Of a DNA stretch of 64,000 nucleotides, positions 1-12,572 are shown one piece after another (position 1 is the first letter of the stretch; every line of letters starts with the position of its first letter). The notes beneath the pieces were generated by a model. That model made no database searches. It was given only the letters and a program-made list of their open reading frames with translations, and was not told the origin of the DNA. Made by a program: the position numbers and the translations under genes. The stretch comes from Camelus ferus (Eukaryota): the NCBI RefSeq assembly GCF_009834535.1, contig NC_045698.1, positions 4,838,001 to 4,902,000 of the forward strand. The letters are read 5' to 3'.

Positions 1-236
1 GTAAGAGGCAGCATTTCTTCTGCTCTGGGAAGCCGCAGTCTTTGCTCTCAAGGCCTTCAACTGTTGGGATGACGTCCACCCACATTGTGGAGGGTAATCT
101 GCTTTACTGGAAGCCCTCTAATTTCAATGGCAATTATCTCTAAAAATTACTTTCACAGCAGCATCTAGACCAGTCCTTGACCAAGGCACTAGGCACCATG
201 GCCTTTCCAAGCCGACATATAAAATTAACCATCACA
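1..236 (-). mobile_element. MLT2-type (ERVL) LTR, partial; runs off the window start
   Basis: Ends in ...gccgacatataaaattaaccatcaca, the reverse complement of the MLT2 start tgtgatggttaattttatgtgtcaac. Internal aggccttcaact...cccacattgtggagggtaatctgctttact matches the recalled MLT2 consensus. Confidence 0.8.
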
Positions 237-785
237 CTAATTAAATAATTACACTAGGTAAATATTTTTATTTCTTGAGTTGATTTTTTTTTTTTTTGGT
301 CATTACACCAATTTTGCTTAGAACAGAGATTTTAGGACTTGCTGAATCATGTGGATAAAAACGTAAAATTAATTTGCTTTTTGTGGATGCAATTTTTCAG
401 TAGCTGACGATGCCTGCTGTGGGTCATTCCAAAAGCCAGGGGGATGCCAGAGTAGAGGGTGCAAGAATTACTGTAAAAACATTCCAGATTCCATCCTCAT
501 TCTCTTTCTCCTGGCAGGACATACAGCTGTTTAAAGTCATCAGCCCAAAGGAAATTATTGAGAAGGGAAATGCTTTTTGCCCTCTTAAATCCATACATGA
601 AACAATGCGGATGGGGAGCTACAGCTTGAAGCATCGGGCTCTCCAGGACTGGCTTCCCTGTTGGCCACAGTGAGGGTGCTGCTTCCCTTGAGCGACTTAC
701 ACACCAAGACTCACTGGGCACCAACGGGTCCCCTTCAGATTCAGCTCTCAGGCCGTCGGGGATTGATCACCTCCCCTTTCAGTCA

Positions 786-820
786 GCCCCTGGCTCTGCC
801 CCTGGCTCTGCCCCTGGCTC
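786..820. repeat. 12-bp tandem repeat (gcccctggctct) x~3
   Basis: Read directly: gcccctggctct gcccctggctct gcccctggctc. Confidence 0.9.
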
Positions 821-844
821 ACTGTGCTCTTGGGCTTTTAATCA

Positions 845-960
845 ACATCTCAGCCCTAGTTTCCATGAAGATAAAATGGGAGAAATAATATACATCCCAG
901 TTCAGGGCTGCCGTGAAATTCTTAACACACTTAAACACACACAGCTCTTATTTTAGCAGG
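845..960 (+). mobile_element. MIR SINE fragment
   Basis: ctcagccctagtttccatgaagataaaatgggagaaataata...agggctgccgtgaaatt resembles the MIR core. Confidence 0.55.
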
Positions 961-1267
961 TCCTTTGGCCCCAGTGCTGCTTATCTGAATCTTCCCTAAA
1001 GAGGTATGAGGAGAGTTAAGAGGACATGGAATTCCCATTAATTGGAAGCCACTTGTTGATGGCTTTTAAATGAATTGAAAAAAATGACAGAGACCAAACC
1101 AGTACGGATGACATCTGTCTATAGAATTTTTAGGAAAAAACACATCCAATGAGAGCAAATCAGATCAAACAAAAAGGGGGTCAGAATGATGCCGAAAAGT
1201 TCGACAGCAATGCTTGATGCTACAACACATAGAATCGTCACTTTCAAGTTCTGAAGAAAGATGACCT

Positions 1268-1400
1268 GTTATTTTATTTTACTGAAGTATAGTTGACTTC
1301 CAATGTTGTGATAGTCTCTGGTGTACAGAAAGGCGATTCAGATATATATGTATTTTTGTATTCCTTTCCATTATGGTTTATTAAAGGTTATTGAATATAG
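1268..1400 (-). mobile_element. L1 3' end fragment (cetartiodactyl type)
   Basis: T-rich tail followed by actgaagtatagttgac...ggtgtacag...gattcag...ttattgaatatag, the reverse complement of an L1 3'UTR terminus. Confidence 0.85.
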
Positions 1401-1674
1401 AGAACAAAAAATAAATGGATTGAGACTGGGGGGTTTCCCATCTTTGGATCAGAGGAAAATAAAGTCAACGAAAAATGTGAAAATGAATTGCCAGTCAACA
1501 CCTCCAGTTTTTGTGAAGATTCCTCTCTTCCCACTGCCTCATCTCTCCACTAGGTCAGATTTTTTTAATTGGTTGTTGGGAACTGTCAACATTGTAGCAA
1601 GAAGGAAGTGAGTCAAAGTTAGGTAATTTGAGCTTTTCTCAAGACTTTTGCAGTCAATGCACACTGGATAAGTC

Positions 1675-2240
1675 ATCCATTCATTCCTTCCTTCTTCCCA
1701 GCATTCTACACAATATGGTGCACCTACTGTGTGCCAGACCAGAGAACTGGGTCAACAGTTGGGTAAACAGAAACAGACCTGGCCCTCCTAGAATTTACAG
1801 TTTAGTGGAGGGGCTTACAAGTTATACACACATAGGTAATTAAAAATTGTGACAAATGCAACCAAGAAAAAGTATAAAGTGTTATGAGAGAGTGAATGGT
1901 GGGGTTTGATGCCATCAGGATAAGTCAGAGAAGGCTTTGTGGAGGACAGGAATTTTAATTCAGTCTGAAATATGTACAGGAGAGAGCCCAGCAAAAGAGG
2001 ACCCAGGCAGAAGCTGGGACGAACTGGGGATGCAAGGGCCGTACAGGGTGGGGGCGGAGGGAGAAGCCAGAGGGGAGGCCAGAGAGCGGGCGTGGCCAAG
2101 GCGAAGGGCCACCGCTGGGATTTCAGCCCAAGTGCAGTGGCCAGCTCTCCACTGGGTGGTCAGCCGGTGAGAAATGACCAGGTCTGTGGTTTTCAGAGAA
2201 AATAACCGGACCTGTGGTTTTCAGACTACTCTGTGGGGAA
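1675..2240 (-). mobile_element. L2 LINE remnant
   Basis: cattcattcc...gcacctactgtgtgccag...gccctcctagaatttacagtttagtgg...gtcagagaaggcttt, typical of the L2 3' region. Confidence 0.7.
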
Positions 2241-2869
2241 AAGAGAGGAGGTGGGTGCACACACGCATCTGGGGTTGTTGATGGAAGGCTGAGCACCCAG
2301 TTCATGCCTAGGGGTTTAAGCCACGTGGAATATTTGAACAGGCCCAGAGGCTGTAACACAAGGGCAAACGCTGGCTTTTCTTTTCTGCACTGAAGCAGCT
2401 TTAGAAATGCCCCTCAGATGGTCTGAGTCCCTGTTTTCTCATTTCAAATACTGAGCTGATAATACCTTAAACACTTCTCCTGAGGAGTGAAAAGATAATG
2501 AATATGTAATCAAGTGCATAGATCTTGGCACAGTGTGGAAAATCAATGCGTCCTATGAATTGGAGGCCGGGGGAAGTGGAGCGTGAACTCCGCAAATGTG
2601 TGTTTGAACGCGGACAGCTCTCCAAGAGACGGGGCTCACTGCCAGTTTGAATCAGGTTCCTTACAGTGACTGCTTTTCTTTTCAAGGGGGCTTCTGGCCT
2701 GTTTCATGCTTAATTGTTCTATGAAACTATAACTTCCCTAAGTCTTCCTGATGGATATAGGTATATAGATATACAGCCATGAAGACTTTTATTGATGCAC
2801 ACATGATTTTAAGTGTCGATTTTAATGGACTTTTAAACCAATACTAATACCATATGCCACTTGTAAGCA

Positions 2870-3010
2870 CTCCGTCGTGTTTTATTCCCATTTGCACTCT
2901 TTGAGGGAAGTTGGTCATTCCTTTGGACAGTTGAGAAAATTGAGATTCGGGGAAGTAAAGTAACTTGCTCAAGGTCACACTGTAAGTGGAAGATCCAGGA
3001 TTTAACTTGG
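2870..3010 (-). mobile_element. MIR SINE fragment
   Basis: gagaaaattgagattcggggaagtaaagtaacttgctcaaggtcacac...ccaggatttaac. Confidence 0.75.
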
Positions 3011-3600
3011 TTTTTGTAAGTAACAGGAGAGTGTTCGTTTTAGGACAGAAGGCTGGCAAAAGTCCCCACAACAAAGACAGAGTTTATGAGCTAATAAACA
3101 AATCACAATGTATTACCTGCCGATCGTACATAGGCATTAATCCTCCTGCAAACGCTGTGTGCTGTGTGCTAGGATAGCCGCTTACTTTCCTCCTAGAGCC
3201 TGACTTTCAGCTTCTTGAGGGCTAACCGCATTTCATTCTTTGTGCCCCATCTGCTTTATATTAAGCTTGTGTGATAGCAACCCGAACGCTCACTGAGGCC
3301 ATGGGAATCAGACATTCTTTTAATTACGAACTGCTCCGTTGCGTAATATTTGGAAATGGGTGTTTCAGTTTGCATAGGCTTGTTTATTTAAATAAGCATT
3401 GCCCTCAAGAGTATAGTTACATTAAATTATTCAGAGGTAGGGACTGAATACTCGTTTAATGAAAAGCTCCAGAGCCATTGATTGGATCAAAACTCACTTG
3501 AACACAGACATCCACAAAGCAAAGGGAAGCTTACCCAGCAAAAGGGAGCAAAGCTGCTTGGGGGCTGTGTGGCTGACCCTTCCTCAACCAGAACAAAGCA

Positions 3601-3910
3601 GCCCGGTTTTGAAATCTCGGCCACGTGAAAAACCCAGAGGAGGTTAGCAATGTCCCAGCCGCAGTGGCGCCAGGTAAGCGCTGTGTAGCACAGGCGTTCC
3701 TGCGCGCAGCGGGGCTGCTTCAGATGGTCGGGGAGCCAGGGACCCGGGCTGCTGCGCAACACGGGCCGCCCGCGCCCCCTGGGCGGCTCTCGGTCTCTCT
3801 GAAGGAAGACAGGTTGCAAAGATGCAACGAGGAGATACTAGTGGACCAGCCATGGCGTCTTGTCAGATTCCTGCTCTCACGGTCCACGGAGCCCACGCCT
3901 TCATCCCGGG
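3601..3910. promoter_or_regulatory. Small CpG-island-like element (candidate promoter, enhancer or insulator)
   Basis: About 25 CpG in 310 bp (hand count) in a CpG-depleted background. Contains E-box CACGTG at 3622-3627, a strong donor-like CAG|GTAAGC with GT at 3674, and a CTCF-like core CCAGGGGGCGC on the minus strand at ~3772-3787. Confidence 0.5.
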
Positions 3911-4315
3911 AACTGGAGATTATTTAAGCAAGTGGGACTGTCTTCAAGCCAGTGCTTAAGAATAACCTTTGAATGGGCACCAAATTATATTTCATATGCC
4001 ACCCATTTATCCTTCCAATGTCCATGAATGACATTTTCTTGTCTATGAAAATAAGGACTCCTTAGTCACCTAGCAAAACTGGGCCCAAAAAGCACCCCAG
4101 AGGACAAGGTTTCTGAGCAGCCGACAGTCCTTTTAAGTGCTGGTCTCTGCTTTATTTTTTTGCACTTTGTTTGGAAATCCTTGTGAACAGAATTAAATAT
4201 TTTTCTTTCGTTGTAAACTGATTATTCTGCATTTAATGCAGTTATTTCCTTTTGCCCTCTGTGCTATGACTGTGAGCATCAACTGCTGTGTATTGATGTG
4301 GACAAATAGGGCATT

Positions 4316-5537
4316 TGGGGTTTTTTGTTATTAAGTTGTATGAGCTGTTAATATTCTGGAAACTAAGCCCCTGTTAGTCATATTTTTTGCAAATATTTTC
4401 TACCCGTCCTTAGGTTGCCTTTTCATTTTGTTTATAGTTTCCTTTGCTGTGCAAAAGCTTGTAAGTTTAATTAGGCACTTTTTTTTTTTTTGCTTTTATT
4501 TCTGTTGCCTTGGTAGACTGGCCTCTGATTTATGTCAGAGAATGTTTTGCATGTGTTCTCTTCTAGATTTATGGTGTTCTGACTTATGTTTAAGTCTTTA
4601 AGCCATTTTGAGTTTATTTTGGTGTATAGAGTGAGGGAGTGTTCTAACTTCATTGATTTATGTGTGGATGTCCAGTTTTCCCAACACCACTTGTCAAAGA
4701 GACTGTATTTCACAAAGCAAATCAAAACTACAATGAGGTATCACCTCACACAAGTCAGAATGGCCATTATTAAAAAGTCCACAAATGATAAATGCTGGGA
4801 GGGCATGGAGAAAAGGAACTCCCTACACTGCTGGTGGGAATGCAGTTTGGTGCAGCCATTATGGAAAAAAGTATGGAGATTCTTCAAAAAACTAAAAATA
4901 GACTTACCATATGATCCAGCAATCCCACTCCTGGACATATAACCAGAGGGAACTCTAATTTGAAAAGACACGTGCACCCCAGTGTTCATAGCAGCACCAA
5001 TTATAATGGCCAAAGACATGGAAACAACCTAAATGTCCATCAACAGAGACTGGATAAAGAAGTTGTGGCACACACACACACACACACAAACACACGAATA
5101 CTACTCAGCCATAAAAGAATAAAATAATGCCATTTACAGCAACACAGATAGACCTGGAGATGGTCACATTATGTGAAGTAAGCCAGAAAGGGAAAGAAAA
5201 ATACCATATAATATAACTTTATGTGGAATCTCAGAAAAATGACAAAAATAAACTTATTTACAAAACAGAGATAGACTCACAGACATTGAAAACAAACTTA
5301 CAGTTACCAGGGGGCAAGGAGGTGGGAAGGGATAAATTGGGAATTTGGGATTTGCAGATACTACATACTGTATATAAAATAGGTAAACAGCAAAGTCCTA
5401 CTGTATGGCACAGGGAACTATATTCAATACCTTATAATGAAAAGAATATGAAAAGGAATATATATATATCATATCTGAATCACTAGGCTATATACCAGAA
5501 ATTAACACTGTAAATTGACAAAATTTCAATAAAAAAT
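4316..5537 (+). mobile_element. 5'-truncated L1 with 5' inversion (4316-~4706 antisense, ~4717-5537 sense to polyA)
   Basis: ORF2 C-terminal peptides appear on both strands: minus [11 protein letters not shown]...[19 protein letters not shown], plus [20 protein letters not shown]...[12 protein letters not shown]. These are followed by the L1 3'UTR and an A-tail. Confidence 0.9.
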
Positions 5538-6167
5538 AGATAAACATTTGTCTTCTTAAGGGGACAGCAAGTCAGAACTGCCACCGCGGAACTGTGCGTA
5601 ACTAACGAGAAGTCTCTTTCAGCCCCTTGGTCGGTGTTGCTTCCGTTCAGTGCTGGTCAGCACATGCCCACTTCGCATCGATGAGATCAGTGAGAGGCAG
5701 GAAGGGGAGAGAAATACCGGCAGACATCAGCCCTGCTACTTGGGGCAAATTCTGTTTTGTCGTAACAAGAGCCTCATTCGTCTCAGTTAAGGGACAACAG
5801 GTTTTCTGAAAACAGCAGATAAACGTGAGGCGCCATTCATCCATGACACATGTTCCTGTCCCCAGAGTTTGATGGATGGGTTATTAGCAGAAGATAACGC
5901 ACCCAGTATATTCTCAGTCTGCTTATGTTCTTGGTTCCCACAGGTTTGCAGGAGGATTTTTTTTTTGCAGGTTTAACTGATAAAATCCTCCAAAAATGAT
6001 CCATGCACAAAGACACGCAAAACACACAAGCATCTTTCGTTAAGGTTTTTTAAGAGAGAGATCATTATCGTCTAAAGCCATGTCCCACTTTGAATCTCTT
6101 ATGTCATCTTTTAAAAAATAATACAACTCAGTGGCATACATTTGCTAAAAAGTTTACAAACTCTGCT

Positions 6168-6425
6168 TTTATTTATTAATTTTTAATTTTTATTTTTTAT
6201 TGAAGCATAGTTGATTTCACAATGTTAGTTTCAGGTGTACAGCAAAGCAAATCACTTATACATGTATATCTATACACGTAATTTTCTTTTTAGATTCTTT
6301 CCTATTATATATTATGACAGGAAATTGGATATATTTCCTTGTGCTCTGCAGTAGGTCCTTGCTGTTTATCTGTTTTATATATAGTCATGTGTATCTGTTA
6401 ATCCCAAGCTCCTAATTTATTCTTC
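6168..6425 (-). mobile_element. L1 3' end fragment
   Basis: T-rich tail followed by attgaagcatagttgattt...caggtgtacagcaaag...gtaggtccttg...gtatctgttaatcccaa. Confidence 0.85.
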
Positions 6426-7064
6426 TCATTTGAAATTATGAAGTAAAAGCAGGGGACCCAGTCATAGGTGATGTTCCTACTGAAAGCCCACCAGGGTGCT
6501 CTTATGCGACCCTTTAGGGACAAGGAAGTTGCAGAGGCTTGTTTTACCCAGAACGTCAGGAATATTTGGCAACTTGGTCTCTCTGGAGCCATGACATCTT
6601 AAAGCACCGAGTGAGTTCCTGCCAGACGACTCCCTTTTCCTACTACGAGTCAGGCACAGGTTTCTCTCTTAGGGCCACTTCAGTGTTTTCTGAGTCTTCG
6701 TCTGCCTTTTTGCCTGCTGACCCGAGGCTCCCTCCCTGCCCTGCTCGCCCGCTCCTTCCTGCCAAGCATTCTGAGGTGGTGAGCACCACCCGGCAAGGCT
6801 GCTCCAGCCCAGCTGCCCCACCGGCACTTCCGCTGCCCTCCCCCTTCTCCACTTGGTTTCTGTTCTATCTCCTTCCTTCCAACCTCATCCTTTCTGCGTC
6901 CATCTCCTGGGTCTCCACTTTGGGACGCATCATAAACTGAGACGGCTCCTTCCTTTGGCAACAGCTCAGTCCACCCCCTGACAGCAATGAGAGCCCATCT
7001 GCCATGGCTCTGGGTACCTTCCAGCGTCCACACCAGGGCAGGCAGTTGGAGAATCCAGATAATG

Positions 7065-7210
7065 ACTGTACTCACTCCCTGGAGCTGTTGTAACAAGTTA
7101 TCTCAAGCCAGGGGCTTAAAGCAACAGAAGTGTATTCTCTCCCAGTGGTGGAAAACTGAGGTCCAAAGTCAAGGTGTCAGCAGGGCTGTGTTCCTCATGC
7201 GGGCTGGAGG
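7065..7210 (-). mobile_element. MLT1 (MaLR) LTR fragment
   Basis: gctgttgtaacaag...ggcttaaagcaacagaagtgtattctctcccag...gtccaaagtcaaggtgtcagcagggctgtg. Confidence 0.75.
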
Positions 7211-7591
7211 GGAGGGTTCTCCCGGGAGAACTGGCCAGGTCATTGTAGCCGGGAGCACACATTTGTTCGCAAAGGGATTGATTTCCCCGTGACTTCCTTT
7301 CCAAGCTCGTAAGCGTTGTTTTAATAAATGTGTTACGCTGTCTCCGCTAGAAAGCAGATACTTTAACTTCTGTGGGAAGTGTTAACAAAAGCACACTCAG
7401 GAAACTCTAAGGGAGGTTTTCATGCCTCCGTGGGCCTCGGCCAGGAATGCTTTCGGAAGCTTGTGGGTGTAAATCCAGGACGTGATGTGGCCTCACGTTC
7501 ACGTCCGTGTGAGCAGAATGGCTGTTCTGGGTAAGAGGTTTAGCGAAAGAAAGGCTGTTAGCCCACGTTTCTAACGGTATCTCAGAGATAT

Positions 7592-8054
7592 TGAAATACA
7601 TTTTTTTTAATTGATGTGTTGTTGATTTACAATATTACATTACTTTCAGAGGTCTAATGTAGTAATTTGATGTTTTTATAGATTACAGTCCACACAAAGT
7701 TATTACAAACTATTGACTATATTCCCCCTGCTGTACATTACACCCTTGTGACTTACTCATTTTATGGCTGGAAGTTTGTACCTCTTAATCCCCTTCACCT
7801 ACTTCACCTTCTCCCAACTCACCCACCCTCGTATAGTAGCCACTAGTTTGTTTTCTATATCTGTGAGTCTGTTTCTGCTTTGTTAAATTTGTTCATCTGT
7901 TTTGTTTTTTTCCTTAATTCTGCATATAAGTGAAATCATACAGTACTTGTCTTTCTCTGTCTGACTTATTTCACTTAGCATAGTACCCTCCAAGTTCATC
8001 AGTGTTGTCACAGAAAGGCAAGACTCTATTCTTTTTTATGGCTGAATAGTATTC

Positions 8055-8106
<52 letters not shown>

Positions 8107-8275
8107 ATATACATATCACAACTTCTTTATCCATTCATTTACCTGTGGGCACTTAGGTTGCTTCCATGTCTTGGCTGTTCTAGATGATGCTCCTGTGAAC
8201 ACTGGCGTGCTAACAAATCCCCTCCTGGATATTTATCAGAAGAAAACAAAAACATTAGTTTGCAATACATTTTTT
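7592..8275 (-). mobile_element. 5'-truncated L1 with short 5' inversion and 15-bp target-site duplication (TSD)
   Basis: Antisense L1 3' end at ~7607-8210, then sense-oriented aatcccctcctggatatttatcagaagaaaac at ~8215-8260. TSD tgaaatacatttttt (7592-7606) / tgcaatacatttttt (8261-8275). Confidence 0.85.
8057..8102. repeat. (TG)n microsatellite within L1
   Basis: About 23 perfect GT units. Confidence 0.95.
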
Positions 8276-8864
8276 AAAAATTACCTAATGTAACAAAATT
8301 TTAAAAATGCATTTGTTTGTAGAAAACATTTCTTTCATATAAACACTGATATTAAAATGTAAGGAGACCCTAACATTCAGGTAAAATATTTAAACAATTT
8401 CCAGCTGTCTCTCTTTCCTGCCAGGCTCCTCATGGCAGAACAGCTTTGCTGGAAAGGCTTGTACAAAACGCCTTTCTTATTAGCCCTTTCTGCTCTCCAG
8501 TGTTATCAAGTTAAGTAATTTAGTCTATTGATAGCCCTTCTACAATGGCCCAGGCGGGAGCAACCTCCATGGAGATGCTCAATCCTGCAGATGGTGGCAT
8601 GAGTCAGAAATACCCCTGTGCAAGGGGCAGTGCCAGGAACTTCTGCTGGGACACCTACTGTTGTGGCTCTTGAGTGGGTGTGGGATGGGGAGGAGGCGAG
8701 GTGATATAATATTTACGCCTCTAAAGTATTTGAGAATATCTCTCTTTGAACATGGCTTGTACCTGGCCTTCTCGGACCCCTGTGTTTTGGGGTGTGTCAG
8801 GTGGCTAATAAGTCTTTCTCTGTCCTTCTAGAAGAAATGACTCCACCCTTCCTCAATCCACCAG

Positions 8865-9050
8865 CTCTCATGAGCACTTACCATGTGCCTGGTGTGGCTA
8901 TGACGTTTTATGTGAAATTACTCATTTAAATAACCCTGGAGAACCATCACCACTTAACATAAGAAACCCAGGCTTTAATCCTTAGCAATTTGTTGGGCAA
9001 AATTGCTCCAAAGATACACACCAGGCTCTCATCTTAGCAGGCTGACTGCT
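8865..9050 (-). mobile_element. MIR SINE fragment
   Basis: tgagcacttaccatgtgcctgg...ctcatttaaataaccctggag...aagaaacccaggct. Confidence 0.55.
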
Positions 9051-10499
9051 CTGCTTTCTAGAACATAGGTGAAGGAGTTTTCAGTGTGTGAGTTTATGTC
9101 ATTACTTACACATTCTGTGAGTGAGCTGCTGCAGGACGGATGGCCCACATTGCTCTAATTACCATCTACATTCCACTGGAAAAAATGGACAGACAGAAAT
9201 GTAAACATTTTCTTCTACACAGGCCATTTCAAAAATTGGGTTAACTGTCGACTTGCCAATATCAATCTTTTGAAGAAAGGATTCTGCTCTTCAATGAAGG
9301 AGGCATTGCAGAAATTGAGTTAGAGGCTGAGTAGTAATATCAGAAAGGTGAGGGCAGCCAGTTACCCCTCCAGGCAGAAAGGACCAACTGGAAACAAAAA
9401 CCAAGAGGAACCCATCGATCTTACAGTGTGGAGATGTTCACCAGAGTGGGGCCACAGCAGGCTGTCAGGTCTGCTTTCTGCCCAGTGTCCTCTTTCTTTC
9501 TAATCCTAAACAAGCAGGAAGGGCAATCTTGGCAACCTGCCCGGCAGGTGATGTAAACTCACCAGGACCTTCGGCTAGTGGGGAGGGGGTGGGAGGGCAG
9601 AAGAGGCTGACTACGTGACACGGCAGGACCTGCAGTGCAAACCTGTATCGTGTGCTTGTCCCAGGGACCCATTTCTTTAAGGACCTTCAGGATAAACTGC
9701 AAGTTCTTAGAAGGGAATGCAAGCAGTTTGTGGCAACCATCTCAGTGCCTGGTTAATGGCCAAGTGAGACCCTGCAAACAGCTCAATGAAAGATGAGGAG
9801 CCAGGGTTAAAAACAAGCAAACCGAACGATTTGCCCCTTGAATCCTTCCCTCATTAAGCATGGAGGAAGCTTTGGGTCTGACAAGTGGAGCACAAAGAAG
9901 TCTGAACACAAGCCCATGCGTCCTGAACCATCGTCAGCCTTGCCTGTCTAGAGCGTGCTTGAGCACGTGTGGGCATCTCTACCTCAGCTCTGCAGTGTGG
10001 TGACGAAAAAGCACACATTTTTATTCATTTCAGTCATGAGGCTGTGTATCTGGCACACTAAAGAGGGAAACTGGGTCCTTTTTAATTAGGAGAAAAGCAG
10101 AAAGACTTCCATGAGAGAACATTGCAGCCAAAGATGTGTCATCTTAGCTGCTCAACAGCCGTAACCTGCTTCTCTCCCGGGCCGCTGGCTGATTTTGGAG
10201 CACCAGCCTACCTCATTTAACATGGAGCGATCGAGGATGCTGGTTCGGTCGTTGACTAGAGAAGCTGCCTTAGAGCAAAGTTAACTCCACTTCTTAAGCA
10301 TCCCTTCTTAACGAATCCAATTTTTTTCTTTTTTTGCAGCATTCTCTATTTTTGCCTCCGTTTCTCTCCCATCCATGCTCTTTACCATGTTACCATTTTT
10401 TAACTTGGTTTATTCTCTCATTATCCTGAAATGCAAGTGAGGCATAATCTGATTAGATTTACCTGTGAAGCTATACTTGTTTGAGCCATGTCTGTGTGT

Positions 10500-11400
10500 G
10501 TGTAGTCCACAACACCGTTTGAAACACCTTTGTAGTGATCCCAGGAATGGTGATGAAGGTGGACAGGTAAGCCCCCAGGCTAGGTCTTGGTGGTGGAAAC
10601 AGAAATAAAATGAGTCCCCTCCATGCAGGGCTGTGGACGCTGCAGTGAAGGTCAGGATCTGTGCCTTGAGGGGCCACAGAAGGGCGGCTTCCTCAGCAGA
10701 AGGAGGTCAGAAGGGGCTTCCTTGAGAGGCTGCTTTTGCAGAGAATCAGTGGAAACTGGGATTCACTGGGCTGAGTAGCTTGGGAAGAATATTTCAGGCC
10801 AAGGGAATAGGAACATCTTGGGCGAAGGCAGGAAGGCAGGAGAGGGCACGTCTCGCCAGGGGACCATAAAGAGGCTTGTGCGGGGACGCAGAGCCCTCGT
10901 CAGGGGAGAGGAAAGGTCAGGAAGGACCCTGCCCGACGTGCTTGTGTGGGAACAACGCGACCTCATCAGTCTCATGGAGGGACTTTATACAGACTTCGTT
11001 TTAGTAAAATTACAGAAGATGAACTGAAGCAGGAAGATGCGGGCGAGGCTAGAGGGGCTTTCAGGGGACCAGCCAAGACGACATACAGCAGTACTGAAGG
11101 TGGGCTGGCCCTGAACGTGGTGGGTCGTCGGGGCAGGAGAGAAGACAGCGCTGAGAGGGAGGGCTGGCTTTGCAAGGGAACTGGCTAGTCGAGATTTGAA
11201 CTGAGAGTTGAGGCAGAGTGTGGTCCCCCGGGACTCCCAGGTAACGGCTGGTGTCGAGGAGACCGATTTGCGCCAGAGAACTCCCCGCAGAAGGACGGTG
11301 AGGAGGGGAGCGTGTTTTGTTTGACTGCAGAGACTTGGGATGAGGTTCAAAAGCGATGGCCGTTTAGGGGAACTTCCAGGGACAAGCAAAAGCTCCGGGC
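10500..11400 (-). mobile_element. Highly degraded L2 remnant
   Basis: ggaggtcagaaggggcttccttgagagg...gggaagaatatttcaggccaagggaatagg...gactcccagg motifs typical of L2. Confidence 0.45.
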
Positions 11401-11934
11401 GGGGAGCCTGTGTGTGAGGATATCCTGGGAGCAGGCGGCTCCTGAGATGGATGGGGCTGAATCCAGCAAAAGAGGGCACTCGCTTCTGAAGAATTCTGAA
11501 GCAGTGCTTCTAGGTAAGGGTGTTTAAATTGGGGTTTTAAAAGATAAAGCGTTCAAAAACATGGGGGTGTGTTAGCACACTGAGTGTCGTCATGGAAGAG
11601 CTGAGAAAAATTCGGACAGAAACAAAGTGGCAGCGGTGAGATGAGACGGGACCTCTGAGGCCAAGTTCACACGAGCAGAACTCCCCTGGGACTGTAAAAA
11701 TCTGGCTGCACACACACCTGTGCCGGATTAGTTATCCGCTCCCTTTGCTTTACTTCCAACTAATTATAATTGCAGAAAACGAGTGTCTGTTATGTAACGT
11801 GCTGCTGTGTCTCATTTGTTATGGTTATGATCCTCCTGCTCCAACACGGGTAGCCCTGGAGAGGCACCATCCGTCTGTGTCTTCCAGCAGCCCCACGAGG
11901 TGGGTTGAGTAGGGACAGCTGAGTGACTAAACCA

Positions 11935-12100
11935 AAGAGAGCCCTGGTTTTGGAGTTGGACCAACCTTGGCTTATATTCCTCCTCTCATATTGAATAGCC
12001 GTGTGATGTCAGTTTCCTTAACCTCTTTGAGTCTCAGTTTCCCCATGTTCCCAGTGGGGATATTGGTGTTGTGTGTGAGATGCTGCATGGAAAACTTGTC
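11935..12100 (+). mobile_element. MIR SINE
   Basis: aagagagccctggttttggagt...ccttaacctctttgagtctcagtttccccatg...gttgtgtgtgagatg. Confidence 0.7.
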
Positions 12101-12572
12101 TGTGGGGGGCCTGACAGAGCTGGCATTGACCTGCGTCTGCATTTCACCATCAGTTCCCTGCAGCACGGTGTGAGCACAGCCTCTGTTAGCTTTTCCCTTG
12201 CTATCCTGTTTATATTTAACGCCAGAATCCTCCCATTCCATCCCTACAACCCACAGTGGCTTCCCTCTGTACATGACTGTAAGCCTGCAAATGGGATTAC
12301 AAAATACCCAGGGAACCACAGCTGCCTTATGCGTCTCTTCTCCTCCAGGCAGGAAGCCTGCTGTCAGGGAGTCCTAGGTCAGGGCCCGAGTCCTTGGCAA
12401 CTGTTGCTGGTGTTCCCCTGGTCCAGATGGTCCACCAGCGGTCTTATAAAAGGAGTAGTTAAAACCAGTGTCCTCATAATAAAATAAAAGGAATATAGAA
12501 GAATATTAGACCCATAACTAATCAAGCAATTATAACCAACTCCAAATGTTAAGAAATGTGGCTGCAAAGATG

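Noticed and set aside
10985..11479. 164-aa ORF and overlapping ORFs
   Set aside because: They lie in GC-rich degraded L2-like sequence, are open in several frames, and have no recognisable homology.
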